A DNA stretch of 64,000 nucleotides, from NCBI RefSeq assembly GCF_018350175.1, contig NC_058369.1:2916001-2980000 (forward strand). The letters are read 5' to 3'. The stretch's first letter is position 1. Every line of letters starts with the position of its first letter. The translations under genes and the position numbers were made by a program. Below the pieces are notes generated by a model. It searched no databases and was not told where the DNA came from. It saw nothing but the letters and a program-made list of their open reading frames with translations. Origin of the DNA: Felis catus. Taxonomy: Eukaryota. Shown piece by piece: positions 25,413 through 37,589 of the stretch.

Positions 25413-25640
25413 GGGGCTCCTGGGTGGCTCAGTTGGTTAAGTGGCTGACTTCGGCTCAGGTCATGATCTCGCAGACCGTGAGTTTGAGCCCCGCGTCAGG
25501 CTCTATGCTGACAACTCAGATCCTGGAGCCTGTTTCAGGTTCTGTGTCTCCCTCTTTCTGACCCTCCCTCGTTCATGCGCTGTCTCTCTCTGTCTCAAAA
25601 ATAAATAAACATTAAAAAAAAACTTTTTAAAAAAAAAAAA
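25413..25640 (+). mobile_element. CanSINE with TSD
   Basis: Flanks read aaaaag(t/c)ttacctt. Confidence 0.9.
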
Positions 25641-25898
25641 AGCTTACCTTATGGGGGAATGGCTAACGGGGAAGGTGAGTTAGTATTTAATGGGGACAGA
25701 GTTTCAGTTTGGGAAGATGGAAAAGTTACAGAGATGGATTGTGATGATGGTTGCACATGGTGAATGTAATTGATGCCACCGAATTTCACGCTTAAAAATT
25801 ATCGGAATGGCAAGCTTTATGTTCTGTATGCGTATTTTAACCACGGTGAAAAGTAAACCAGACAAGCTGGGTTCACGCGCCGGCTCTTTGGCGGCGGC

Positions 25899-25919
25899 CA
25901 CAGCACCACGGACAGCTCC
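25899..25919 (+). promoter_or_regulatory. RE1/NRSE (REST binding site)
   Basis: CACAGCACCACGGACAGCTCC versus consensus TTCAGCACCACGGACAGCGCC: 18/21, both half-sites and the spacer intact. Confidence 0.82.
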
Positions 25920-26944
25920 CCGCGCGCTCTCGTGAGGGAGGGGAGGTCGCTTTGCAAACGCCGTTCTGCCCAGATTGTTTTTCTCCAGCTCCTTCATCCA
26001 TCCAACTCCTACTCACTTCTCAGGGCCCAACTCACATCGTCACTGCCCACCCTCTGCCCCTGAACGTCTTCCCATGCACCCTCCCCCAAGCCACTCTGCT
26101 CCAAAGATGTCTCTAAATCAGCCCAGACTCCTTTGCCCATCTGTTTCTCCAAATGGGAGTTCGACAAAAGCGAAGTCTTTCTCATTCACACGCTGGACCC
26201 CAGTGCCCAGCACGAGGACTGGCCTGGATTTCCCACTGAATTAACACACGCGTCTCTTCCCAGGGCTCCACTTCCTCCAGCCAGGGCGCATAAAGTCCGA
26301 TGGATCTCGAGCTTCAGGCTCCAGGCTCTCATCCCCTGCTGTGGGGCCGTGCCTTTCCGCCTTTGGCTTGGAGGGGCACAGACCCTGATGCAGTGACTTT
26401 GGCAGCAAGGTGAGTAGAGTGTTGTCTGGTATCCACGGGGCGGGGGGAGCCGACATCGACACGTTGTACCTGCATGTCCTGGACCTCCCCTTTGTGCCAG
26501 GTGCTGCTGACCTCTGCAGAGAACACAGCAGGGTACAAGACCACCCAAGTCTCATTTATCTTGAATTGTACATTCTAGCTAGGGAGTCAGAGAATAAACA
26601 AACAAACAAAAAATAAGTAGACAGTTTCAAATAGTGGTAAGTGCTGTGGGGGAATTATACTAATGTACGTACTAAAAAAAAAAATCAGACTGGGCAGTGG
26701 AATGGGGTGATGAATTGGGGGGCAAAGTAGGGGTGGTTAGGGAAGGCCTCTCTGAGGAGACTACTTCTGAGCTGGCACCTGAATAATGTGAACCTCTTCT
26801 GGAAGAGCATTCCTGGCAGAGGGAACAGCATGTTCAAAGGCCCCGTGGTGGGGATGAACTTGATGTGTTCACAAAACGGGTGGAAAGCCACTGCAGTGAT
26901 TAAGGGAGGCAGGGCAGAGTAATGGGCATTGGTTGCTACTCAGG

Positions 26945-27340
26945 GTGTGTTCATTTTCCGGGACTGCTGTAACAAAGCACCACAAGCCAAGCGGCTTACG
27001 ACTATAGAAATCAAAATTCTCTCACAGTTCCGGAGCCCAGACGTCAAAAATGAAGGTCGGTTCCTTCTGGAGGCGGTGAGGGAGAATGCATTCCATGCCT
27101 GCCCAGCTTCGGGTGGTTGCTGGCAATCCTTGGTTCTCCTTGGTTTGCAGAGGTAAAGACACTTGGCATTGGCTCTGGGATTTATCCTCAATCCAGATGA
27201 TCTCATCTCAAAATGAGGGTACTGGATCCTCAATTCTGCCTGCAAAGACCCTTTTTCCAAATCAGGTCATATTCCCAAGTTCCAGGGGTCAGGATAAGAG
27301 CTGCCATATCTTGTGGGGACCACCATTCGGCCTCTGCTAC
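26945..27340. mobile_element. MLT1-type LTR
   Basis: gctgtaacaaagcaccacaag...ttctctcacagttccggag...aaagaccctttttccaaat. Confidence 0.65.
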
Positions 27341-27499
27341 AGGTCTAAAACCCGACACAGCAAGGGCGAGAAACAGGTAGCGAAGCGTTCTCAGGCACTG
27401 TGCTAAGCGCTCTCCTACACGATCTCGTTGAATGCCGAAACGCCAGTACCATGATGTTCCCATCTCACAGGTGAGGAAACTGAGGCCCGGCAGCGAAGG

Positions 27500-28620
27500 T
27501 CACTTACGCGGTCGTGTCTCCCGGCTAGGCGGCCGCCTAGCCAGGGTCCAAACCTCCTTCTAATTTCAGAAGCTGCAACTCGTGATACTATTATACTGTC
27601 AGGCTGGAGTCCTCCAGGGCAGGGCCGCTGAGCGCACAACTGTAGGGGGCGCCTTTCCACCGGTGGCCCGAGCAAGCGTGGCCGGGAAGATTCTGCCTCC
27701 CCAGCACGCGGCCGGGTCCTTGGCACACGGCTGGGGGCCCCACGGAACGTGGTCCTCGGGACGCTTCCCCCCCCCCCCTTCCTAATCTAAGGAATGAGGC
27801 CACCGCCGTCCTGTGTTTGTTTGTTTGTTTGCTCCTTGTTTTGTTTTTAAATCCGTGATGCGCCATCAGGAAATCATTTCCGCTTCTGCCCCCGGTGAGG
27901 CCCTTGGAAACACTCCCCGTTCAGCCAATGGAGAGCACCGGATTCTGGCAGGGGGCTGTGCTTTTCGGTCAGCCCTGCCCCCACCCACCCACCCTGCACA
28001 CAAAAGCAGCATAATTAACCGTCTTAAGGCAGCCGAGCCTCCGCCAGCTGCGAGCGGGCAGGAAGAAACACCTCGGAGGCACGGCCGGTGCCGGTGAGGG
28101 GGCGCGCTCGCAGCGGGGCGAGGGGCAGCCGGCTGACTGCGAACTGCGTCCGTTCCCCCACCTCCGGACAAAAGCGCCCCCCGTCTGCGCCGCCACGTTG
28201 CTCCGGGTGACCTTCCTTGCGTGCAGAGTCCGCCGCTGCGCGCACCTTCCTCGGATGCTCTGAAGGCCCAGGGACCGCTCTCGGAAGGCGAGGGATGTCC
28301 GGCTGCGTCGGCGCGGGGCTCGCCTTTGTCTGCGCGTAACCCGCAGAGGCCGCGGAGGTGAGTCCCCTTTCTCCTCGTCCCGGCCCTGCCCTGGCACGTT
28401 TGCCTGTGCGGAGACATCCGCTGTTGCCAACCCCCTCCGGGCAGGTGGGGCGGCCGGGAGCCGGGACCCACGGTCTTGGGATTCTCTGCACGGTAGCACA
28501 GCCCTGTCTCCCGAAGCCGAGGGAAAGCAGCCGCGGGCATATACACCCAGAGCCCGCCTTCCGTGCCCACCGCTCACCTGGAAGGCAGGGGGATACACCA
28601 TTTTCGGGACGCGCTTGGAG
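27500..28620 (+). promoter_or_regulatory. ATCAY CpG-island promoter
   Basis: CpG-rich. CCAAT at 27925-27929 and an AT-rich TATA-like ATAATTAA at 28011-28018 lie upstream of a strong donor at 28358. Confidence 0.7.
28030..28357 (+). other. ATCAY: ATCAY non-coding exon 1 (5' UTR; start approximate)
   Basis: Consensus donor GAG|GTGAGT at 28358 in the CpG island. The next acceptor (30735) leads into the ATG exon. Confidence 0.68.
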
Positions 28621-29684
28621 ATTAGGCTGATAAAACCCTCAGCCTCTCTCTGGGACGCTTCCTAAGAGACCCAAATGTACACGCCCCACCTCTGTGCATT
28701 GTCTATTTATAACACCGTGAGCGGATTTGGAAAGAGAGACAGACACAGACAGACTTGATGGATGTGTACACGGAGGCTCGCCTACCGGGTGGGGAGGCAG
28801 GGAGAAGGTTGAAGACCGATCCCTCCCCCTCTGTCTGCACCTGGACGCCATGCACTGAGGATTCAGCGCCCCAGCGCAAAGGCACACCTCTGGGCCGCCC
28901 CTCACTTTGCCTCATTTTCCCTCAGAGTGAAGTCAGGATCTTAGAACAGGAGCGCGCAGGACCCACACGCCACCTGTACAGGATTGTGGCCCCGGCCTGC
29001 GTGGGTCCAGCGCCTCCGCTGTGGGTGGGATTGGGGGGCGTCCTTCGGAGGGGGCTGAGGTCACGCCCCGCTTGGGGTGAGGAAAACCAGGCAGACACCC
29101 CTGTCTTCCGAAAGGAAATGAATTTCCATTGACCAGAACTTCCCCTTGCAGTAAGGTTCTGGGTGGTGGTTATCACCCCAGGCATCAGGAAGAGGTTTTT
29201 CTTTCTTTCTTTCTTTCTTTTTTTTTTTTTTTTTGGCGTACTGCGTCTTACTGTCCCTCCTCCATGAATGGATGACGACATTCAGAGCAGCGACAAGAAT
29301 CCGGTGGGACACTGTTTCCCAAGTGTGTGTTGGTGGGGGCGGGGAGGGTGTCTAATTTTAGCCAGCACCCCTCCCCCCTGCCTGGCCTTCTCCTGGCCCA
29401 GGCTCCCTCTGGGTCCTCGTCTCTGTCCCACAACCCCAAATGCAGACCCCCACCTCCAGGGGCTTCAGATGACCCACCCAAACCGTTAGCCGTGCACCAG
29501 CTCTGCCGAGGGGCCGCCGTGGCATCTGGAAGGGTGAGGGGCTGGGGGCAGGGGCCTTTGGTGCTGGCGTGTGAGACTAACAACCCAGGAGCTGCTTGGG
29601 GGATGGGATGCAAAGACGCAGCAGGCCCTCTATAAGGACTGTCAAACCCTGCCCGGGGACCTTTCGCAAGCATGCGATTAAGAC

Positions 29685-29912
29685 AGGCTTTCTCAATCTC
29701 AGATCTGTGGACTTTGGGGCTGGATCATTCTCGGTCCTGGGGGCCCAGCTTGCACACGCGCCTAGCGGTGTTGAGCAGCATCCCTGACCCTCACCCCCTT
29801 AAGGCCAGGAGCCCTCTCCCCACGTTGTGACAACCAAAAATGCCTCCAGACTTGCCAAGCGTCCCTTGGCAGGGAGGGGGAGGGCAAAATTATCCCCAGT
29901 TGAAAGCCACTA
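29685..29912. mobile_element. MER20-like element in ATCAY intron 1
   Basis: tttctcaatctc...ttggggctggatcattct...gtgacaaccaaaaatgcctccagac...gttgaaagccact. Confidence 0.7.
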
Positions 29913-30778
29913 GTTTAAAGGCACAGAACCCATGGTGTTGACTGAGTTGCAGGATCCTGGAAGGTTATGCCCCAAGGGTATTGTAAAGATGATTTCTCGT
30001 CCAGCTCTTTAATTTGCAGATGGGGAAACTGAGGCTGGGAGGGGTGAGTGGCAGAGTCCTGCATGCCTCAGGGTGGACCCCAATTCTGCCTCATTCTGCA
30101 CCTCTGACTGCTGCAGACAGCCCAGCTGTTAAGGCCCCGTCTAGCATGCTGTCCGCCATCCTGAGCCCCAGCTCCTCAGAACAATAAAAACAAAACGTGA
30201 GCTTTGTGCTTGATAAGAATTATGATCCCGACTTCCAGCCCCAGTCTCTTTCCACACTGCCTTCGTTGGCCCCAGCAGGTTGTCAGGATTTGTTTCTTTA
30301 TTCGGGGACAGAGAGGCAAGGCAGGTAGCCTGGAGAATATAGAGGTAGGGTTTGAAAGTGTTGGTCCCAGCAAGGAAGCTTAAGTATATCAGTCACTAAC
30401 ACTTTAGTATAAATGATTTTAATTGGATTTATTGCTGCCCAGTTTAAGTCCAAGGTAAGGGAGGGATGATGAGCCCTAAGGAGCATGGACTTTGGAGCTT
30501 CGAAGCGAAGGGGGCTTATATCTGGGGGCTCAGCTCTCACCTGGGTCCCAACTCCAGACCTACATGGATGTCATCAGCCCTCCACACCTCTGTTTTCTCA
30601 CCTGCGTCATGGGGCTGGGCGACGATTCAATATAATAATGGATCCAACACTCTTATCGATCTGAGGTGCCACACGTGGGGGGGGGTTGTTATTACGATGA
30701 CTGTCCAGTGAAACCTCCACGTGGCTCTCCCTCAGGACCCAGCTCTGCTTCAAGCCAGCGCGCCTCTCCTCTGTTCCC

Positions 30779-30855
30779 ATGGGGACCACTGAAGCTACGC
30801 TCCGGATGGAAAACGTGGACGTGAAGGAAGAATGGCAGGACGAAGGCCTTCCCAG
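30779..30855 (+). CDS. ATCAY: ATCAY (caytaxin/BNIP-H) exon 2 coding part; exon begins at 30736
   Basis: [25 protein letters not shown](R), the caytaxin N-terminus. Acceptor ctccctcAG at 30735, donor AG|GTACA. Confidence 0.96.
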
Positions 30856-31169
30856 GTACAGCTTCCCCATTGCTGCGTCAGCCCTTGCTGGGGGCGGGGC
30901 GGGGGTGGGGGTGGGTGCCCACCGCCTCTCTGAGGTGGGGCTTGGGGGGCGCCGGGCACGTAATGAATACTTGCCGAATTATTTGAGATGGATCCCCCCC
31001 ACCCCACCCCACCCCAGCAGCGCAAAGCTCCCATTCCCATGCTATTTTAGGAATTCCGAACATTCTTCTACAACTGCCTCGTGGACGATTAATATTCTTA
31101 CGGGTGTTCCCACGAATCCGGGTGAGGGTGTGTTTTTACCTGTGGCAGCCGGAGGCATCTTGCCCTAGC

Positions 31170-31650
31170 CCTGCTTAAAATCCCTGGAGTGGCCCCCAAA
31201 GATGTCCGTGTCCTAATCCCTGGACTCTGAAAATGTGCCCCTCTGGGGCAAAGACACTTTGCACGTGTTTAGGCCAAGGATCTGAAAAGAGGGAGATGAC
31301 CTTGAGTTATCCAGGTGAGCCCTCCATATCATCCCAGGGTCCTTCTGAGAGGAGGCAGGAGACTCAGGGGTAGGGGCAGAGGCGACGGAAGTGACAGATT
31401 GGTGTCACAGGAGGGAGGGGCCACGAGCCAAGGGGGAGGAGCACCTCTGGAAGCTGGAAAGGGGACAAAAGCAGATTCTCCCTTAGAGCTTCCGGAAGGA
31501 GCCAGGCCTGCCCACACCTTGCCTGCCGCCCAGTGAAAGCGACTTCAGACTCACTTCTGGCCTCTAGAATCATAAGGGAGTGAATCTGTTGTCGTTTTAA
31601 GCCCCTAAGTGTGTGGTCGTTTGTCACAGCAGCCCCAGGAGACCCTGCGG
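31170..31650. mobile_element. MLT1-type LTR
   Basis: ggcccccaaagatgtccgtgtcctaatccc...gaagctggaaaggggac...ttttaagccc...ttgtcacagcagcc. Confidence 0.7.
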
Positions 31651-34080
31651 TGAGCCTAATACCCTAAATACTGTCCATGCGTATCTAGTGTGTGGTCTGT
31701 TTCCCCCCCCAAATGGAGCCCCGTGAGAGCCGGGGCCTTTGGTTGGATCGCTGTCGTCCGGCAGCACAAAGACAGACTCTGGTATACAGTCGGCACTCAG
31801 GAGACACCGGCTGAGCGGGTGACGGCCACTGGTAGGAATAAGAAACCGGGTTGGAAGGAAGCCGTGGGCCTCCAGTGCCAGGACGCATGAGCCACCAGGC
31901 CTGTGTCCCTGTCTTCGCTCTGCTGGGTGGTGTTGGGTAAGAGAAAACACGGGTCGGCACAGGCTCCCCTAATCCGATGGCTGGACACAAAGTGCATCTC
32001 TGCCCTCCTTTAGTGCAAGGGTTTTGCCCCAGGGGATGCTGTCCGAGAGCTCATTATATAACTGTCTGGAAAGGAACAGACGAAGGAGGGAGGGTGCTCA
32101 CCCTAGAAAAGAGGATCCCCGTCGCTGAGGGTGCCGAGGGCTTCCTCGTGCCTCAGTTGTCCTGTCTGTGAATCGGGTCGATAATGCCTCACTCACAGAG
32201 TTGCTGGAAGAATTCTCTGAGGCGCGCAGGGCAAGGCGGCCGGGATGGGCCCTCTAGACGACGAGGGCTGCCCAAATACATTGCCCCCCACCCTGGACGC
32301 TTCTTCGCCGTATCTCGTTCGCTCGCACGCCCCCCGCCCTGATCTTTTAAAAGACACCCCCTCTCCCAAGCCCCTTGTTGAGACAAAACGGGGCAGCTGC
32401 AACTCTGACTTTTAAGTGAGTTTCTCCCAGCTGCAGAGGGTCGCTGTCCCTTTTCAGTAGCCCAGTGTCTGCGGCACAGTGGCCCTGCTGTGCCGCCCCG
32501 GGACGTGAGCCAGCCCTTTGCCAAGGCTTCTGCCTTCCCCGCCATGGGAGGAGTGAGTGCAACTCCTTCCTTCGGCACCCAGCCGCGTCTCCACATAAGC
32601 ACCTCTGTCTGGTGCCAGAGAACCCACAGTTCTGTTCCTTCCAGCCCAGTGGTCCCCTTCCCGGGGGCGTCTTCCAGCCTCCCCGGGGTGTCAGAGTGCT
32701 TGCCCTGTGCCCGCAGCCCCTCCCGCTGCCATGACCTTGTAGCATCTTCCTTGTCTTCCGCCCTTCTGCAAGTTCTTAAGGATCCAAAGGGCAGCCCAGA
32801 GATGATGTCGCTCTCTCTGCCCTATTTCTCCATTCATTCTCTGTAATGATACGCACCAGCTGTATGCCAGGCCCTGGGCAAAACACCCGGGACACGTAGA
32901 GAACAAGACAGATGCCCTCATGGGGCCTTTCCTCTGGGGCAGGGGCAGGCCATTCCCTCATAAACTTCACAACCCAACGTAAAGTTGCAGCTGGGTTCAT
33001 GGTACTTGGAGAGCGCCCAGGTGGGGTCTGACCAGGTTGGAGAGATTGGGGAGGCTGGAGAGGGTGCTGACCCCGAGCTGTGAAGGAGGAAGAGGGACGA
33101 ACAGGGGAAGGAGACTCTGGGTGGGTCCTGAGTATTCCAAGCTCCGAGAGCAGTATGTGCAAAGGCCCTGAGGCCAGTGGAGGCAGGTTGAGGGGCAGAA
33201 GAAAAGCTGAGGGGGATCTTGACCAGAGTCTCACAGGTCAGAAGAGGCAGGTGCAGGGATAGGTGTCTGACTGGCATCTCAGCCCGCCTTTCCCTCCACA
33301 AGCAAGTGGCTATGGGTTCTGTTGCTTTGTAACTTTTTACTCTGATGTCGTCTCAGACTTTGAGGAAAAATTACAAGGATGGTCTAAGTGCTAACTGTAA
33401 ACCTTTCCCCAGATTTGCCAACTAACAGTTCACTCCTTTTGCTTTATCATTCCCTCCCACCTCCCTCCTTCCCTCCGGTGTCTCTCCCCTCTCTCTGTGT
33501 CTCTCTGTCTCTCCCTTCCTCCTCTGTCTCTCTCTGCCTCTCTCCCTCAGCCCAGCACATGCACAGAGCTAATTTTGTGTTGCACACACCTCAGCAGGTC
33601 CCAAAAGATGTGTGCAGGAGTCGTGGGCCCTGACCGGCTGGAGCATTTCTGCCGTCCTCAGCCCCGCCCTTCTCCACGCTGGGCTCGTCTCTTCTAGTTT
33701 CCTCCTCTGTCTCAGTCGGCTTGGGCTGCCAGACAGAGTATCACAGACACTTCCTCCCCTCCCCCCCCCCCCGGAGGCTGGAAGTTAGATCCGTGGGTTC
33801 GGTGAGGGCTCACTCCCTGGCTTGTAGACAGCCACCTTCTTGTGTCCTCATGTAGCCTTTCCTCTGTGCATGCGTGTGGAGAGATTGCTCCTGTCTCTCC
33901 CCCTTCTTATACGGCCACGCCCGATGGGATCAAGGCCCCGAAGGACCTCAGTTCACCTTCATTGCTTCTTAAACACCCCATCTCCAAAAACACCCGTATT
34001 GACGGTTGGTCCTTAGATGTTTGAATTGGCAGGGGTGAGGGAGGCAGGGGAGACACAATTCAGTCTGCAAAAACACAGCT

Positions 34081-34460
34081 GACTACTGGGGGGTGGAGTC
34101 AGGGCTGCTAGGGTGGAGTCAGGCTGCTGGGGGTGGAGTTGGACTGCAGGGGGTGGAGTCGGGCTGCTGGGGGTGGAGTCTAGGCTGCTGGGGGTGGAGT
34201 CAGGGCTGCTTTGGGTGGAGTCGGCACTTCTGGGGGTGGAGTCTAGGCTGCTTTGGGTGGAGTCAGGCTGCTGAGGGTGGAATCTAGGATGCTGGGGGTG
34301 GAGTCAGGACTGCTTTGGGTGGACTCAGGCTGCTGGGGGTGGAGTCGGCACTTCTGGGGGTGGAGTCTAGGCTGCTTTGGGTGGAGTCAGGCTGCTAGGG
34401 GTGGAGTCGGCACTGCTGGGGGTGGAGTCAGGGCTGCTAGGGTGGAGTCAGGCTGCTGGG
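34081..34460. repeat. G-rich minisatellite, about 18 copies of a 20-21 bp unit
   Basis: Unit approximately (A/T)GGCTGCTGGGGGTGGAGTC, with variant copies counted by eye. Confidence 0.92.
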
Positions 34461-34488
34461 GGGGGGCCGGGAGGAGGGCGGCTGTGGT

Positions 34489-34509
34489 GCCGCTGTCCAT
34501 GGTTCTGCT
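34489..34509 (-). promoter_or_regulatory. Second RE1/NRSE-like site (ATCAY intron 2)
   Basis: Minus strand AGCAGAACCATGGACAGCGGC versus TTCAGCACCAYGGACAGCGCC: 17/21, right half GGACAGCG intact. Confidence 0.55.
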
Positions 34510-35799
34510 TACCACCCCAGGCCTTCTGACCCTCCCGGAGACAATGGTGCTGGGGGAGACAGGAGTGACAGGAAGGGACAGAGGTGTTGGAAATTGCAGA
34601 GAAGGAAAAAGGGTACATTTATTTGTCTGGGCATCTAAGAACGACCAGAGTTGCCAAGAAATAATTTTTTAGGCCCCACAGAAGTATCCCCTCTGGTTCC
34701 CTTGCCTGAGCTTTGTGGGTGTCATATGGCTATCAGAAAAGCATGCCTCTACCCGGAAAGAGATTCTGTGGTTGCCACGCACCAGAAGCGGCCTTGGTCA
34801 GGCAGAAACAGAGACTGGGAAGCCCCTGAAGGGAGACTGAGGCAAGCAGTGCCCAAGCTTGATGCCCTTGGAGCACAGGTTGGGCGGGGCGCGGGGGAGG
34901 GGGGAGCAGGAGGCATGGTCAAAGTCTATTCCCAATTCTCTTGTTTCACATCATGAGAAACCTCAACCCTGAGGCTAGAATCTGAGGGTAGAGCTGCATC
35001 AGGTTGACAGGCCTTCTGGGTTGTGCCTCTCCGACTCATGTGATGTGCCTTCCTTCCCCCTGTCCTTCCACAAGCCACTTCTTTGAGGGCTGGCCTGTGA
35101 CTCACCAAAGCAAGATAGGAAGAGGCACTTCCTCCCCTTCAACGGCTCACAGTCTGCCCAGGAAGCAAGCGATTAGCACACGTACCACGGACTGAGTGCT
35201 CATGGTGGGCTCTGGGGCAGAGTGCAGGGTGGGGTAGAGGCCAGACTCAGTCAGAACCTCCTGGAGGAAACTGACCCAGCCTTAAAGGCTAAGCAAATTT
35301 ACTCTAGACAGAGGAGTGAGATGTGCAAAGGCACTGGGGCAAGGAAGGCCTTGGCATGATGGGGAATGTAGCACAAGAGCCCAGCTAGGTCGTGAGAACG
35401 GGGTCGGAGGGTTCACCGGCGCCACATCCTGGTGGGATGCCCAGGTGAGAGATCTGGATTTCATACCACAGGGGTACATGAGTTTCCTGGGGTTGCCATA
35501 TTGGGTGGCCTCAGACAATAGAGATGTATGCTTTCACACTTCTGGAGTCCAGAAACCCAAAATCAAGGTGTCAGCAGGGCCCTGCTCCCCCTGAAGGGGA
35601 GACTCCTTCCCACCTCTCCCAGCTTCTGGTGTGGCCAGCAACCCTGGTTGATCCCTGGCTTATGGACACATCTCTCCCGTCTCTGCCACATCCTCACATG
35701 TCCTGCGTCTGTGTCCAAATTCCCCTTTTCCCACAAGCACAACACTCACTGGACTGACGGACACCTTAATCAAGTATGGCCTCTTCTTTTTTTATTAAA

Positions 35800-36240
35800 A
35801 AATTTTTTTTAATGTTTATTTATTTTTTTTAATTTTTGTTTAATGTTTATTTATTTTTGAGACAGAGAGAGACAGAGCATGAACAGGGGAGGGTCAGAGA
35901 GAGAGGGAGACACAGAATCCGAAGCAGGCCCCAGGCTCTGAGCTGTCAGCACAGAGCCCGACGCGGGGCTTGAACTCACGGACCGTGAGATCATGACCTG
36001 AGCCGAAGTCGGTCGCCCAACCGACTGAGCCACCCAGGCGCCCCATGTTGGTTTATTTTTGAGAGTGAGAGAGACAGACATCGAGCAGGGGAGGGGCAGA
36101 GAGAGAGAGAGAGAGAATCCAAAGCAGGCTCCAGGCTCTGAGCTGTCAGCACAGAGCCCAAAGCAGGGCTCGAACCCACGCACCGCAAGATCATGACCTG
36201 AGCCGAAGTCAGACACTTAACTGACCCACCCAGGCACCCC
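35800..36240 (-). mobile_element. Two tandem CanSINEs inserted in an MLT1 LTR (about 35475-36395)
   Basis: Two SINE bodies ending at 36044 and 36240, with MLT1 motifs on both sides. Confidence 0.85.
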
Positions 36241-36818
36241 CCTCCGCCCCTTTTTAAGATTATTTTTTAAATTGACCTTTTCTTAACTTAATTACATCTG
36301 CGATGGCCCTGTTGCCAGTAGGTCACATTCCAAGTGCTGGGAGGTAGGACTTGAGTTATCTTTTGGGAGAGGGGAACAGAATTCAACCCAGCACAGAAAG
36401 ATGAAAGTCATACGGTGCACCTTGCATATTAAAGAAAGCCCACTTTGCAGGTGGCTTGCCCACTGTAGGTAAGCAAGCACTGTGCTTCTGGGAGCCATCC
36501 GGGTCCGCTCTGAGTTTACCCGAGAGGCTTCAGCTCTGCACAAAATGGGCCCTTCCTGGGACTTGGGGAAATAGCAAGCTTCCACCTGGCCTTGAAAGCC
36601 GCAGCCCTGTGGGCCGGCGGGGGTGGGGCCTGAAGGGAAACAGCGGGCTTCTTCTCCGGGGAGCCTGGAGTCCTGCTCAGTTGGCTTCTCCAACTCAGGA
36701 GAAGTTCTCTGCTTTCTGGTCTGTTCCTAGGACTCACCAAGCATCTTCTGGCCTCAGGGCCTCTGCCCAAATGGAAGGCCCTTCCCCCAGTCTTCTCTCT
36801 ACACAAAAGTCCCCTCCT

Positions 36819-37255
36819 GGGGGCGCCTGGGTGGCTCCCTCCGTTGAGCGTCTAACTTCGGCTCAGGTCCTGCTCTCACAGTTCGTGAGTTCGAGCCCCA
36901 CATCAGGCTCACCGCTGTCGGTGCGGAGCCCTCTTTGGATCCTCTGTCCCCCTTCTCTCTCTGCCCCTCCCCTGCTCATGCTGTCTCTCTCAAACATAAA
37001 CATTAAAAATATATTTTTTTTGGGGGGGCGCCTGGGTGGCTCAGTCGGTTAAGCGTCCGACTTCGGCTCAGGTCATGATCTCACAGTCCGTGAGTTCGAG
37101 CCCCGCGTCGGGCTCTGTGCTGACAGCTCAGAGCCTGGAGCCTGCTTCGGATTCTGTGTCTCCCTCTCTCTCTGACCCTCCCCTGTTCATGCTCTGTCTC
37201 TCTCTGTCTCAAAAATAAACAAACATTAAAAAAATTTAAAAAAAAAATATATTTT
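36819..37255 (+). mobile_element. Two tandem CanSINEs
   Basis: ggggcgcctgggtggc heads at about 36819 and 37025. Confidence 0.88.
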
Positions 37256-37589
37256 TTTAAAGTCACCTCCTCAAAGAGGCCTTCCTTGACTGCCACTACT
37301 GTGCCTCACCTCCTCCCTCTTCTTTCTTATTTTCCTTGTCGCAGGTATCACCTTCTGCTTCCTCCAACTGTTGGTTTACTCAGTGTTTACATCTCTCCTC
37401 TCTTGTATCAGTCAGGGTTCTGCAGAGAAACCGAACCAATAGCTTTCCATTCTCTACATGTATGATATGTATTATTAACCATATTATATATTTAAAATCA
37501 TATTATGACAATTCTATAATATGTCATATTATAGAATTGTAGATTTACATATAAGTTATACTTGTGTTACTATGTTTATTAATTTACAT

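Noticed and set aside
34093..34672. Trp/Gly-rich ORFs (GCWGWS repeats)
   Set aside because: These are translations of the minisatellite, with no splice or start support.
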